IMG/VR virus record: IMGVR_UViG_3300045988_123612
Length of the DNA stretch: 64,000 nucleotides
Strand: one strand, 5' to 3'
Source of the DNA: a virus
Shown in pieces: positions 37,400 to 47,368 of this stretch; positions within the stretch are counted from its first letter, which is position 1, and each line of letters opens with the position of its first letter. The notes under the pieces were generated by a model. It worked only from the letters and a program-made list of their open reading frames with translations, was not told where the DNA came from and made no database searches. The position numbers were made by a program, and so were the translations under genes.

Positions 37400-37736
37400 T
37401 TATATAACCCGGATGATCTTCACACGCCTCTTTGTATTTGATAAGAAACTTAAGAAATGAATCATAAGACCCCCATCCGTTTTCTGGTTCGTATCTCAAA
37501 AGACTCTTTCTCTTGGAGATCATAATATATATACCTTTTGTGAGTATCTTCACCATCTCCTTAGTATCTATTTCCCTGCCCAATTCTTCCGGTCTCCAAA
37601 CATAATCGTATAGTGTTTCTTTGTTTTCTGATACGAATATTTTTTGTGCCATCTTGTTCATGTTGTGGGTGATGTTTGCAACCCATTTACGATCCTCTTC
37701 TTTCTTCTTGCTCTTAATATAAACGTCCAGGCTCAT
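37383..37736 (-). CDS. hypothetical protein (117 aa)
   Basis: ORF in minus block. Confidence 0.4.
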   Translation of the reverse strand: MSLDVYIKSKKKEEDRKWVANITHNMNKMAQKIFVSENKETLYDYVWRPEELGREIDTKEMVKILTKGIYIMISKRKSLLRYEPENGWGSYDSFLKFLIKYKEACEDHPGYIIEASR

Positions 37737-38727
37737 AATATTTCTCTTTTACTTTGTTATTAATTATCAAATCTGCCACATCATCTCCGTCCCCTACATT
37801 CTCAACACTCTGAAGATAGTCCGATACTTTTATCCTTGACTTCATCATCATCCCATCTATCTTTTTACTCCATGTGTCAAATGCTTGTCCTTTGTCCGGA
37901 AAAGCTACAGTCTTTCTATCTTTTAAAACATCTATCACTTCCGGTCTTAAGTTCTGCAACCCACCGGTAGCTACAAACAACTCATCTGGTTTATTCACGG
38001 CGCATATAATAGCCGTCTTTTCTGACTCCACCAAATTAACTACCTTATCTGGATACTGGCTTAGAAGATGTTCTCCAAACAGGCATTGTCTAAACAAGAA
38101 GTCTCTTGCATGCAACGAGTGATAAAACATGACATGAGGTCGCTCATTGTCACCGTCTTTTTCCTTCACTCTTTTTACATCAATCTCATTCCCCTGGCTG
38201 TCGGTCTTTATATAAAAATCCATAATCTTGCCGGTTCTGCATACAAAGTCCTTATCTATCTGCCAGAATATACAACACCCTTTCCATCCCCATAAGTCCA
38301 TTGTTCCAACATGATACCTTCTAAATACGTCAGATACCCTTTCTTTTCCCCATAGAGACGATAAAAATCTAAATACGGTGTTTCTATCGTCTGGAACTAC
38401 AGTCCTCTCAAACTCGCTAAAAGGTATGTAATTTACAACGTCAGGATTTACAGGAGGACGATAAGCTCTTATGCACTTATTTCCCGAAATCCAAAGATCT
38501 TTGTCACCTACATCCTTGCCGGTAGGTCGTTTATCATAACCGCAAGTTCGTTCATGATCGCATCTTCCAAACCCATTGCCAACGACCTGACCGGTCGCCA
38601 CATCAATATAAGGGGTAAGGCACCGGCTTTTCCCGCAAGCCGGGCAGGTTAGCTTCAGTCGGCTCCTGCCAGGCCTGCGGTCAAGTTGAAACCGAGGTAC
38701 GTTTTCGTATTTTCTAAAATCAAGCAT
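37714..38727 (-). CDS. Zn-finger protein, primase-like candidate
   Basis: CPACGKSRC...C.HERTC zinc-binding N-terminus; located upstream of DnaB-like helicase in replication module. Confidence 0.35.
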   Translation of the reverse strand: MLDFRKYENVPRFQLDRRPGRSRLKLTCPACGKSRCLTPYIDVATGQVVGNGFGRCDHERTCGYDKRPTGKDVGDKDLWISGNKCIRAYRPPVNPDVVNYIPFSEFERTVVPDDRNTVFRFLSSLWGKERVSDVFRRYHVGTMDLWGWKGCCIFWQIDKDFVCRTGKIMDFYIKTDSQGNEIDVKRVKEKDGDNERPHVMFYHSLHARDFLFRQCLFGEHLLSQYPDKVVNLVESEKTAIICAVNKPDELFVATGGLQNLRPEVIDVLKDRKTVAFPDKGQAFDTWSKKIDGMMMKSRIKVSDYLQSVENVGDGDDVADLIINNKVKEKYYEPGRLY

Positions 38728-38749
38728 CCTTAGCTCCTCTCATTGCTTT

Positions 38750-40078
38750 TTATATCATGAACCTTTTAGATATTTCCTCTGCAATATCATATACAACCGT
38801 ATGATCCTCTTCATTGTATGGTTTATTGATATTCAACACTCCTTTTCTCACTTTGAATTTCTTATCTTTTCTAAGGTGATTCAACATACCTTGTTGGAAC
38901 ACACAGTCCGCCTTTTCAAGTGCTACACTGTCTTCTGTCCATTCTTTCAGCGTATATCCTTTACTGCTCGTGCTTTTTGGAGAAAAGTTCATAATACGTG
39001 CATCAATGCCATACCATGCTTTAACCATTCTTCTTTCAGCTTCCAATTGGAATGCATATGATTCCCATATTCCTCCCGATTTAAAGTCAAGAATGACCAC
39101 TTCTTCTTTTTCCACTTCTCTTACTTCCTTCTTCGGATCACCTTTTTTGAACTGTCCGGTAGCCCTTTGATACACGGCTCCAAAATAACCTTCTTCTTTG
39201 TATTTGAATGTCATTTTAACCATCGCATCAATAGGTGTTGCTACAAGGTAATCCTCTAAAGAAAGGATTCTTTCTATCATCATCGGTTTCACCTTGTAAT
39301 CAGAACAGAATTTGGCAAACTTCATGACCCTGACAATCATATCGTCAAGATCATCTATGCTATTAAAGAACCGATCAAGATTTTTCTTAGATATCTTCAG
39401 CTTGCCTTCTTGCACTGTCTTAACCACAAAGCTTCGATTTAAGACCATATCTCTACCTGTTAGGTACAATCCGTATAAGTAGTGCATGATCGTTCCCTTA
39501 TCGGCTTCATACTGCGCTACCTCTTCTGGATTGCGACCAAGCATCTTTATCTCTTGCTTCCATTCCTGAAGTGCTGTCTTATCATCTACATACCCATCTT
39601 TGATTAAAGTTGTTACCGAAGCATATATCTTAGCCGTCCCATCATCCATCTTTCTTACATAAAAACGATTATCGTCTAATGTCAATCTTACGAATTTGGG
39701 GGTCTCAATCTTCTTTAACTCATCACAGATATAAAACGGCTCCAATGTTTCCTGATTTTCTGTAAACGGATTCGAATCTTCTTCTCCAGGGTTAGGAGCG
39801 GCTTCCTCCGCCTGAGCTTCCGGTTCCTCCTTCTGGACCGGCTCTGGCTCAGGCGCCGGCTCTTTAACTACTGGAACCTGTCCGCCTCTTTCTGCTATGT
39901 CTCTGTTCTTTATTAAAGACATAACCTCCTTCTTCAACTGCTCTGGTGTTTGGTTAGGATCTGACACCGACATCACAACATCGTTCATTCTAAACAACGT
40001 ATTTCCCTCTCCTTTCACCATAGGTACAAACCCTAAATCTATTAATATTTTAATCTTTTCTTCTATCATACCTATCAA
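38750..40078 (-). CDS. PD-(D/E)XK-family nuclease/exonuclease candidate (442 aa)
   Basis: VVILDFKSGGIWESYAFQLEAE motif-III-like D.K core; acidic Pro/Glu-rich linker. Confidence 0.4.
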   Translation of the reverse strand: MIGMIEEKIKILIDLGFVPMVKGEGNTLFRMNDVVMSVSDPNQTPEQLKKEVMSLIKNRDIAERGGQVPVVKEPAPEPEPVQKEEPEAQAEEAAPNPGEEDSNPFTENQETLEPFYICDELKKIETPKFVRLTLDDNRFYVRKMDDGTAKIYASVTTLIKDGYVDDKTALQEWKQEIKMLGRNPEEVAQYEADKGTIMHYLYGLYLTGRDMVLNRSFVVKTVQEGKLKISKKNLDRFFNSIDDLDDMIVRVMKFAKFCSDYKVKPMMIERILSLEDYLVATPIDAMVKMTFKYKEEGYFGAVYQRATGQFKKGDPKKEVREVEKEEVVILDFKSGGIWESYAFQLEAERRMVKAWYGIDARIMNFSPKSTSSKGYTLKEWTEDSVALEKADCVFQQGMLNHLRKDKKFKVRKGVLNINKPYNEEDHTVVYDIAEEISKRFMI

Positions 40079-40568
40079 TTATTTCAATAATCAACCTACC
40101 TCTTTCCTTGATCATTCCTCTGCTTTCCATATCCAGTACCTTCTTTACCGCATACTTCCACACAAAAGGAAATTCTGTTTCAAGTTTATCAAATTCCATC
40201 CGGTCAAGATACATGTCGAATACCGTATGCTCCGATTCATGAAGGAAAACTATATTATCCCTGCAAGTAGCAACTGACTTATATATCCTTTTCGGAAGTA
40301 TGTGACAGACGTTACATACTGTAGGAAAATGAATAGCCTTACCGGTCATAGACATCCGACTATTATTTAACTCTTCCAGCATAAGACGAAAAAACCCGGA
40401 TAAATCCGGGTTCTCTAACTTTTTCTTCTTGCTGCTGTTTTTAATGGATGTAATTCTGTCTTTTTTCTTCGGAGTCAACTCTTTACTCCTGCAAGCCTGG
40501 CATAAGCCATGACTTCTTATCATCACTTTTCGTCCGCATCTTTCGCAGACGTACAATTTCTTTTCCAC
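40050..40568 (-). CDS. Zn-ribbon protein (172 aa)
   Basis: CERCG...CQAC N-terminal ribbon. Confidence 0.4.
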   Translation of the reverse strand: MEKKLYVCERCGRKVMIRSHGLCQACRSKELTPKKKDRITSIKNSSKKKKLENPDLSGFFRLMLEELNNSRMSMTGKAIHFPTVCNVCHILPKRIYKSVATCRDNIVFLHESEHTVFDMYLDRMEFDKLETEFPFVWKYAVKKVLDMESRGMIKERGRLIIEIIDRYDRRKD

Positions 40569-40753
40569 TCTCTATATTTCAATACAAGTGATATAATTGA
40601 AAAGGATACTGCCGTTAAAGATAACGTATATGGTAAGTTCATTAACCATCTCGGTACTTCTTCGGTCTTAATCACTATCAACAAAGTAGCACCTGCTACT
40701 ACCAATAATACAATTGCCGTCGCAAGTGCTACACGGGAAACAACATCACTCAT
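40523..40753 (-). CDS. small 2-TM membrane protein (76 aa)
   Basis: Two hydrophobic helices and charged C-terminus; overlaps both neighbours. Confidence 0.3.
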   Translation of the reverse strand: MSDVVSRVALATAIVLLVVAGATLLIVIKTEEVPRWLMNLPYTLSLTAVSFSIISLVLKYREWKRNCTSAKDADEK

Positions 40754-41216
40754 CAGTTTTCTTTTCTCCCAATTTTTCTACACCTTTTTGCAGATCGTAT
40801 TTAAACACTTCAATGATCTTTGTTTCAGCAATAGACTCGCAATTCCAGTCTCCCAACGTACCCTGCATACCTTTAGTCAACACAGCTTCGGCGTCTTTAG
40901 GATTGCCGGCTTGGACATACATATAGCATGGCGTTTTCTTTTCTTTACCTTTCTTTTCATCCAGTGTAATGTAATTCACCTTGCACTTATACCAGTACTC
41001 AGCTTCTCCGTTGAAAAAGATTTCTGACACTTTAATAGGGTTAATTTTTACAACCTCGAAAGAATTGTACAAATCCTTAAAGATCTCCAACGATCTTGAT
41101 TCTGCCTCTGTATAAGACAAGGCATCCACCAAATACTTTTCAGTTACTTTCTTTTTTTTGCCGTTCTCGATATTATCAATCTCGGCTTTTACCGTAATTT
41201 CAAACCAGCGATTCAT
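40746..41216 (-). CDS. hypothetical protein (156 aa)
   Basis: ORF in minus block. Confidence 0.45.
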   Translation of the reverse strand: MNRWFEITVKAEIDNIENGKKKKVTEKYLVDALSYTEAESRSLEIFKDLYNSFEVVKINPIKVSEIFFNGEAEYWYKCKVNYITLDEKKGKEKKTPCYMYVQAGNPKDAEAVLTKGMQGTLGDWNCESIAETKIIEVFKYDLQKGVEKLGEKKTDE

Positions 41217-41227
41217 TGTATTAATAT

Positions 41228-41536
41228 TTAATTAGTTGATTTCTTTCCTTTCTCTATACTATTTTTAAATCTTTCAGAACACCACTGCAAAACGTCCATC
41301 ATCATCATCTCATTATTAGATAAGATACCTTTTATAACTAACGCCAATTGATGCTGTGACATTCTTTGGCTCATATCAAATCTTCTTTCCTCTTCATTTA
41401 CTATCGTAGCCACGAAATACTTACACCCCTCTAAGTGCGTCAGGGCTTCAATCATAGCTTCTTTTATCTCTTTTTCTTCCATTATGTTTGTTTTTTTTGG
41501 GCAAAGATATGTCTTTTGATAATAAAAAAGATTCAA
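41228..41536 (-). CDS. hypothetical protein (102 aa)
   Basis: ORF in minus block. Confidence 0.4.
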   Translation of the reverse strand: MNLFYYQKTYLCPKKTNIMEEKEIKEAMIEALTHLEGCKYFVATIVNEEERRFDMSQRMSQHQLALVIKGILSNNEMMMMDVLQWCSERFKNSIEKGKKSTN

Positions 41537-41556
41537 AATGATTTAATTTAGCTTAA

Positions 41557-42225
41557 TTACTGCTCTTTTGATTCGTCCGGTATAGGCATGTCAAACTTTT
41601 TTCTGATAAACGACTCTGTTTCTTCATTGAATGGATAGGCTTCCTTAATAAAATTCATAGCTACCTCCATATCACCGTCTGCTATATCTTTATACCTTTC
41701 AAAGATACCAACCAGGTCATTGTTATATGAACGCTCTTGTTTTATGTTGTACACGTATTTCAACACCCTGTCTTTAATTTCATTGGCTTTTTTCACGGTG
41801 TCATTGAAGGTATTTATACTTGTCAATTCAGGGTTTTTATTTTTCTCATCTATCTTATCAAACTCTTCCTTGCTATATCCTGTTTCTCCTTTAACAGCCG
41901 GGCAAACACCCTCCTTCATGATCCAAAACTGTTCATACGATCCTGCCAGATATCTCGATTCTGTTTTAAATGCATTATACTTGACAAGCAAATTAGCCAC
42001 CTCAGTTGCACCTTCTATGGTTCTAAAACCGATGCCGATATCTTTTAACATAAATACCGGAACTCCAGTTCTTGGATACACGACTTCTTTTTTGTTCTTT
42101 ATATTCCAGTTTTTAGCTTCAATTGGAATACCTTTATTAGCAAGCTCTTTGTCTATATACAGACTTATGTCTTCGTCTGTCAATGCCACAATCTCATCTC
42201 TGCTTAAATCAAAAACTGTTTTCAT
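41557..42225 (-). CDS. hypothetical protein (222 aa)
   Basis: ORF in minus block. Confidence 0.45.
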   Translation of the reverse strand: MKTVFDLSRDEIVALTDEDISLYIDKELANKGIPIEAKNWNIKNKKEVVYPRTGVPVFMLKDIGIGFRTIEGATEVANLLVKYNAFKTESRYLAGSYEQFWIMKEGVCPAVKGETGYSKEEFDKIDEKNKNPELTSINTFNDTVKKANEIKDRVLKYVYNIKQERSYNNDLVGIFERYKDIADGDMEVAMNFIKEAYPFNEETESFIRKKFDMPIPDESKEQ

Positions 42226-42425
42226 TTTTCTTTATTTATTAAATTAAACAACTTACTTCTTTGTTCAGGCTCCGTATATTCTACCCATATATCGGCCGCC
42301 ACATTTCTAAGAAATTCCATAAAGTCTTGATGATCCCTGTATTCAGCAGAATCAACTTTTCTCACAAAACTTAGAATTTCCTTTAACATCTTATTGTTTT
42401 CTTCAAGAAGTTCTCTGTCGGTCAT
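42222..42425 (-). CDS. hypothetical protein (67 aa)
   Basis: 4-nt overlap with downstream gene. Confidence 0.35.
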   Translation of the reverse strand: MTDRELLEENNKMLKEILSFVRKVDSAEYRDHQDFMEFLRNVAADIWVEYTEPEQRSKLFNLINKEK

Positions 42426-42444
42426 AACCTTTCATATTTTCTTC

Positions 42445-42888
42445 TTAACTCATTTTTACCCATTTGGCATTATCAGGTATTAAATCCTTAAATTCTTCTG
42501 GGATTTTCCCTTGATGCCACCAATCATTGGAAATGATTTTTCTCCCATCATTTGAAATAGCCTCCATCATTCTTCCTCCCATACCCATGAATCTTCGTGT
42601 TTTGTTGTTTGTATTGGGAACAAACGGATTAGCTATCCATGATTCTCCATCTATAATCAACCAATTGGGATTATTCTTATTCTCTTCATATAGTCTGATC
42701 CAAAACGCACAAGAATAGCAAACTCCATCTCGTTCCATAATAGACCGTATAGGACATTTACAAAAATGTTCTGGATTCATGCTATGTATATTATTTTGCC
42801 CCGACCCATCTTCGCAGCCGCATTTGGGACATATTTTCTTCTTTTCGCTTTCCATATTGCTTATGCTGTTTTTAAGGTAATAGATCAT
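42445..42888 (-). CDS. Zn-ribbon protein, paralogue of 22137..22625
   Basis: CPKCG...CYSCAFW..LY...PNW.IIDG.SW and FKDLIPDNAKW shared with 22.1-kb ORF. Confidence 0.5.
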   Translation of the reverse strand: MIYYLKNSISNMESEKKKICPKCGCEDGSGQNNIHSMNPEHFCKCPIRSIMERDGVCYSCAFWIRLYEENKNNPNWLIIDGESWIANPFVPNTNNKTRRFMGMGGRMMEAISNDGRKIISNDWWHQGKIPEEFKDLIPDNAKWVKMS

Positions 42889-43132
42889 CTAAATAAGCCC
42901 ATGATTCCATTTCATCTAATCTGTATAAAATACATCCTGGACGGCTGGATATAAAAGTTTTGTTCTCTTCCAATATACCCATAATTGGACTCTTTGATCC
43001 TATTGTTGATTTCTTGGGGAGAAACACAATAAAACGGTGGCAATCTGGAATTACTGTTATAGAATGCCACACGCTGTTAATGCGCCACTCTGCACCAGCT
43101 TTAAAAAGAGGAATAGCATATTCTTGTTCCAT
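42872..43132 (-). CDS. hypothetical protein (86 aa)
   Basis: ORF in minus block. Confidence 0.35.
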   Translation of the reverse strand: MEQEYAIPLFKAGAEWRINSVWHSITVIPDCHRFIVFLPKKSTIGSKSPIMGILEENKTFISSRPGCILYRLDEMESWAYLDDLLP

Positions 43133-43138
43133 GTCTAT

Positions 43139-43594
43139 TTAGTTTTGAATTAATGTGAAAAGAGCAATTATAGCCGCAACTGATATAATAGATAAAATAA
43201 CGTTTGCCAATGCATGCTTTAAGAGGCGCCTTTCGAGATTTGCGATATGCTTTCTTAGTCCTTCGCAATGTTTTTTTGTAGATCTGGATTCTTTGAGTTC
43301 TTTGTTGTATTTTACCATATTTTTGTCGCACCATTTCATTATATCAGCACTTGCTTTGTTAAGCATATCTCTGATTTTTTCATCATCATAGAATGGTATT
43401 TCAACATCAACACAAGTATTTGGCCTGTATAATAATCCGTATGTATCAAAGCACACTTTCAATGTGACAACTTCAGGCTTAGCCATTTCTTCGGCTTGTT
43501 TCTTTATCTGCTCATCTGTTGCTTCGGCTTTAGCTTTAAGCTCATTGTAGTCTTCTATATTCAGCAAAGCCATGTTTTCAAATTCTGTATTCAT
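43139..43594 (-). CDS. C-terminally membrane-anchored protein (151 aa)
   Basis: C-terminal TM helix VILSIISVAAIIALFTLI. Confidence 0.4.
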   Translation of the reverse strand: MNTEFENMALLNIEDYNELKAKAEATDEQIKKQAEEMAKPEVVTLKVCFDTYGLLYRPNTCVDVEIPFYDDEKIRDMLNKASADIMKWCDKNMVKYNKELKESRSTKKHCEGLRKHIANLERRLLKHALANVILSIISVAAIIALFTLIQN

Positions 43595-43780
43595 ATCTAC
43601 TATTTCTTATTTAGAGTGAATGTTTGCCAAATGCTTTATCCCAACGCCTGCTTGCTATCTGTACACATACTACCAACGCATCACGATATTTACGGGATTA
43701 GATGGTTCTTATGTGGCGGATGTTGATAATCCTAACAACGCATTCGTACTGATTTTTGCAAACTGTTCACTCAATTATTT

Positions 43781-44032
43781 TTAATTTTTAATTAATTCAA
43801 CTCCTATAATATCTTCGTAATCAATATAGTGCATCATTGAAACACCGTTGTCATCATCGGCCATTATTTCAACACAAGCAGAACAGCCATTGAATGCACC
43901 TTCGATTGTTATACCTGTTAATTGCCTAAAGAATCCGAGAAATTTCTTTGGTTTGATAACCCTAATGCGGACAAGATCATTCCAAGTTATTCCTTTCTCT
44001 TCGCAAATAGATTTAAACTTCTCGGCTGTCAT
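43781..44032 (-). CDS. hypothetical protein (83 aa)
   Basis: ORF in minus block. Confidence 0.4.
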   Translation of the reverse strand: MTAEKFKSICEEKGITWNDLVRIRVIKPKKFLGFFRQLTGITIEGAFNGCSACVEIMADDDNGVSMMHYIDYEDIIGVELIKN

Positions 44033-44039
44033 AGTTCAC

Positions 44040-44237
44040 TTATTTTTTACGATTACGTTTATTCATTTTCTTCTTCTTACGATCTTTCTTGATCTGTTTT
44101 TCGCTTCTTCCGGATTTGTAAGAAGAACCTTTATATGCCGGTGGTTTATTTTCCCACATCGGAAGGCTGACTTCTATTTCATCCATAACAGGCTCTTTAG
44201 TCGTTGGCTTATTGTAGTAGATATACTCGTTATCCAT
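44040..44237 (-). CDS. small basic protein (65 aa)
   Basis: C-terminal KKDRKKKKMNKRNRKK. Confidence 0.3.
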   Translation of the reverse strand: MDNEYIYYNKPTTKEPVMDEIEVSLPMWENKPPAYKGSSYKSGRSEKQIKKDRKKKKMNKRNRKK

Positions 44238-44261
44238 GACTTAGTTCTTTTTGGTTGTTAT

Positions 44262-44597
44262 TTAATCTTCTAAATTATCCTTACCTTCTAATTTAGATAA
44301 TGCTTGTTCAAATTCCTTTATTTCCTTTAAGGCATATTCCTTACGATAGGTGATAATATCAAGTTGTGTATAATCCGTAAAAAATCTGTCTATCATGTTC
44401 TTATAATGAAACCGTACAGGTTCTTCACAATGATTTAGTAAAATCACAAAATTGGAATTTCTCGGATGAAAACACAAGAATCTGTAATAATTCACTTTCC
44501 CTGCTATACATTCAATTAACTTTTCATCCATCTTCAATTTATCGATGTCTTCTATGGTTAATATTGGTTTCATATCTTTAGTTTGTTTTAATATCAA
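44262..44597 (-). CDS. hypothetical protein (111 aa)
   Basis: ORF in minus block. Confidence 0.4.
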   Translation of the reverse strand: MILKQTKDMKPILTIEDIDKLKMDEKLIECIAGKVNYYRFLCFHPRNSNFVILLNHCEEPVRFHYKNMIDRFFTDYTQLDIITYRKEYALKEIKEFEQALSKLEGKDNLED

Positions 44598-44845
44598 TTC
44601 GAATAAATATAATGCATTCCTGCTTCATATACCCTATGTACATCAGGGTCATTCTTGTCTTCCGGTTCCAATTCACTTTCTTCACGAGTATAATCCCATT
44701 CAGAGTTGTAGTACATATCCTCGTCTGTTTTCTCCAAGGAACAATCTTTCATTAGATTCATATTTTCTCCCCATACTGCAACTTCTTGTCGTTGCTCTTC
44801 TTCTGTCATAAGGGATATTTTGTCTTTTAATTCTTTCCAGGTCAT
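44594..44845 (-). CDS. hypothetical acidic protein (83 aa)
   Basis: 4-nt overlap with neighbour. Confidence 0.4.
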   Translation of the reverse strand: MTWKELKDKISLMTEEEQRQEVAVWGENMNLMKDCSLEKTDEDMYYNSEWDYTREESELEPEDKNDPDVHRVYEAGMHYIYSN

Positions 44846-44869
44846 GATTTCTAAAATATGATCAATAAT

Positions 44870-45253
44870 TCATTCTACATCAAAAAGTTGATCTAACACC
44901 AATAATTCTGCATCCATATCTTCATCTTTCGGGAAACGAACTTTTATGTTTCCGAACTTAGATGTCTTAAACAAGATGTAGGGGTTCATGTCTTCGGCGG
45001 TCACCGGCTTATATTCCTTAACTTCCGACATCTTGAGATACCAGTCGCCTATTTTTACAAATCCGGAGAAGATAGAACACAGATGCGCTTTTACGGACTG
45101 TATCTCCTTTTTATCTTTGAAAGGTATAATTTCGTCCTTTCCCCTTATCCTGATTGACAGAAAAGGACGAATGTTATCTGTTTCATTTTGAAATTTGAAG
45201 CCTGTTATAGCTTGTTTGGGGATTCTTCTTCCCATTAATATGAAATAAGCCAT
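44870..45253 (-). CDS. hypothetical protein (127 aa)
   Basis: ORF in minus block. Confidence 0.4.
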   Translation of the reverse strand: MAYFILMGRRIPKQAITGFKFQNETDNIRPFLSIRIRGKDEIIPFKDKKEIQSVKAHLCSIFSGFVKIGDWYLKMSEVKEYKPVTAEDMNPYILFKTSKFGNIKVRFPKDEDMDAELLVLDQLFDVE

Positions 45254-45562
45254 TGCAATAAGTTGTTTTACTTTGTATTCTATAATCCTACCAACAAGTT
45301 CCCCGATGATAGAAAATATTCTAATTCATAGAGGAAAGAAAAGAAGTAGCTCTTTCAAATTTTCTTCTTAGTTCATTAGACCATTGATGATCATAATCTG
45401 CCAATAATGATCCCATTTCCATTATTAAGGAATAAACTTCTTCTTTTCTTGCTAAAAAAGATTGTTTGTCTTTTTCTTTTAATGTTTTCATGACTGTAAC
45501 TTAAAAATGAATAATTAATTGATTTATAAAAAATGTGTTAAAATGACATATAAATGCCTTGA

Positions 45563-46363
45563 TCAATTGGACACAAATGTACAAGTTTTATTAAGATACC
45601 CTTCTGTCATCTCTATGAAATTCACACAATCTAATTTGCTTAACTTGTAAATCAATGCCGGATTGTGTACTATGGCTATAATTTGTGTTTGTGGTTTATG
45701 GAATGACAATACATTATAAATTTGCATTATGTTGTCAATGTCAAGATTCCTGTCTGGCTCATCCATGAGAACCGTGTATTCAAAACTGCTTTCTGTTAAT
45801 GTTATGCGGTTTCTTTCATAATACTTCAACAGGTTATCAATTCTTTTAATCCAAAACGCATTTGATTTTTTCTTGTATTCTACAAGATCTTGTATTGGAA
45901 ATGTATAATCCTTTTGACCGAACATTAAATTGAAAAGTGATTCCAATGACAACACCACTTTCTCTCCATAAGATCTTCGAATATTATTCACATACAAATC
46001 TAAGTTGCTGATGTTTTTCAATACGCTATCTCGATTCATCTCCGCCGATGGCAATAAACGGAATACTTTCCCTGCATAATCGGATGATATGTCAATCCCA
46101 TCAAGAACCTTGTCATCATCATCATCAAATATAGGTGGAAAATCCAGTGCCTCGATCGGTATTTCAGAACACATGGATTTCTCACATAACGCATACATTG
46201 ATATGATGTTAAGCAAGGTTGATTTTCCACTACCGTTTTTACCTATAATTACATTCACTCCTGGCTTGAAAATAAATTCTCTGCCATTTTCAAATGCTTC
46301 TATATTAGAAACGTATTCAAATGGAGTTTTTGTATTGTCTTTTATTTTTACCGATGTTATCAT
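45563..46363 (-). CDS. compact ABC-type/AAA_21-like ATPase (266 aa)
   Basis: Walker A GKNGSGKST, Walker B TVLMDEPDRNLD, H-loop-like IVHNP. Confidence 0.55.
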   Translation of the reverse strand: MITSVKIKDNTKTPFEYVSNIEAFENGREFIFKPGVNVIIGKNGSGKSTLLNIISMYALCEKSMCSEIPIEALDFPPIFDDDDDKVLDGIDISSDYAGKVFRLLPSAEMNRDSVLKNISNLDLYVNNIRRSYGEKVVLSLESLFNLMFGQKDYTFPIQDLVEYKKKSNAFWIKRIDNLLKYYERNRITLTESSFEYTVLMDEPDRNLDIDNIMQIYNVLSFHKPQTQIIAIVHNPALIYKLSKLDCVNFIEMTEGYLNKTCTFVSN

Positions 46364-46375
46364 ATGTAATCCTTT

Positions 46376-47212
46376 TTAAAAATCAATTACCGCCCGAACC
46401 CTGTAACTATTGTACTCAATGTTGCTGTGCGTGCCGCCAATGGAGAAGCTCACGAACCATGCGCTGACCTTGCTGTACTCGGTACTGGACCAATACCGCG
46501 CCGAGGAGAGGGGAGATGCCGAAACATAAGCGAATGCTTTGTTTAGTTCGTCCATATGATGGGCCATTAAATTTAATTGACCAAGAGATGGTATATACTC
46601 GTCATCTTCCAGCAGATTTCTCAATTTTGGATTTCTGGCTACAAGGCGCTCCGTATTGCCGCGTCCGTCAATATCAAACAGCGCATCACATTCACGTTCG
46701 TAATATGTCTCACTTCCGGATTCTTTACGGCTATCATTGTCAAGCAACCGTACACTATCATGCTCCTCCAGCGAGATAGCAAACGATACGTCTTTGTGTT
46801 TTAATCCGATATAACGCACATTCTCTTTAATATTCTCTCCAGTAAACGGCTCAGCGTGTCCGTTTCCGTAGATTAGATACAAACCATCTTTTCTTGATGG
46901 TACTCTATTTTCACATACGCATCTTTCATTTTTGGGACTTACAATTATGTTCAACCCATTCAACACATGATCTTTTATAACCTCCTTACATATTCTTCTT
47001 ACAAAATCATAATCTCTTTGTTTAAGCTCATCTGCTACCATACATCTGATCCAATGTTCTATCTGATTGTTTCCTCCGTATGTATTAAGCATACACTGTT
47101 TTACGAGTTTTTCCAATAATAGCTCTATGTTTTTGATTATATCTTCTTTGGTAAGGTGAAGTTCATTTAATATATAGTTCCTTACTGCCTTGTATTCTTT
47201 ACTTGTGCTCAT
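46376..47212 (-). CDS. hypothetical protein (278 aa), upstream partner of ATPase
   Basis: ORF ending 12 nt before ATPase start; no motif recognised. Confidence 0.45.
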   Translation of the reverse strand: MSTSKEYKAVRNYILNELHLTKEDIIKNIELLLEKLVKQCMLNTYGGNNQIEHWIRCMVADELKQRDYDFVRRICKEVIKDHVLNGLNIIVSPKNERCVCENRVPSRKDGLYLIYGNGHAEPFTGENIKENVRYIGLKHKDVSFAISLEEHDSVRLLDNDSRKESGSETYYERECDALFDIDGRGNTERLVARNPKLRNLLEDDEYIPSLGQLNLMAHHMDELNKAFAYVSASPLSSARYWSSTEYSKVSAWFVSFSIGGTHSNIEYNSYRVRAVIDF

Positions 47213-47368
47213 AATATATCTACTTAATACTGTGAATTATATTTTTTTTCTCTCTCCCACTATCTTCCCCTATAGGATTATTCCATCCGTATTTTACAGC
47301 CGTAGCTCTAAATAGAGGAAGTCTATAAAATCTATAATCATTCTCAAGATGAGCATATACTGTTGATT

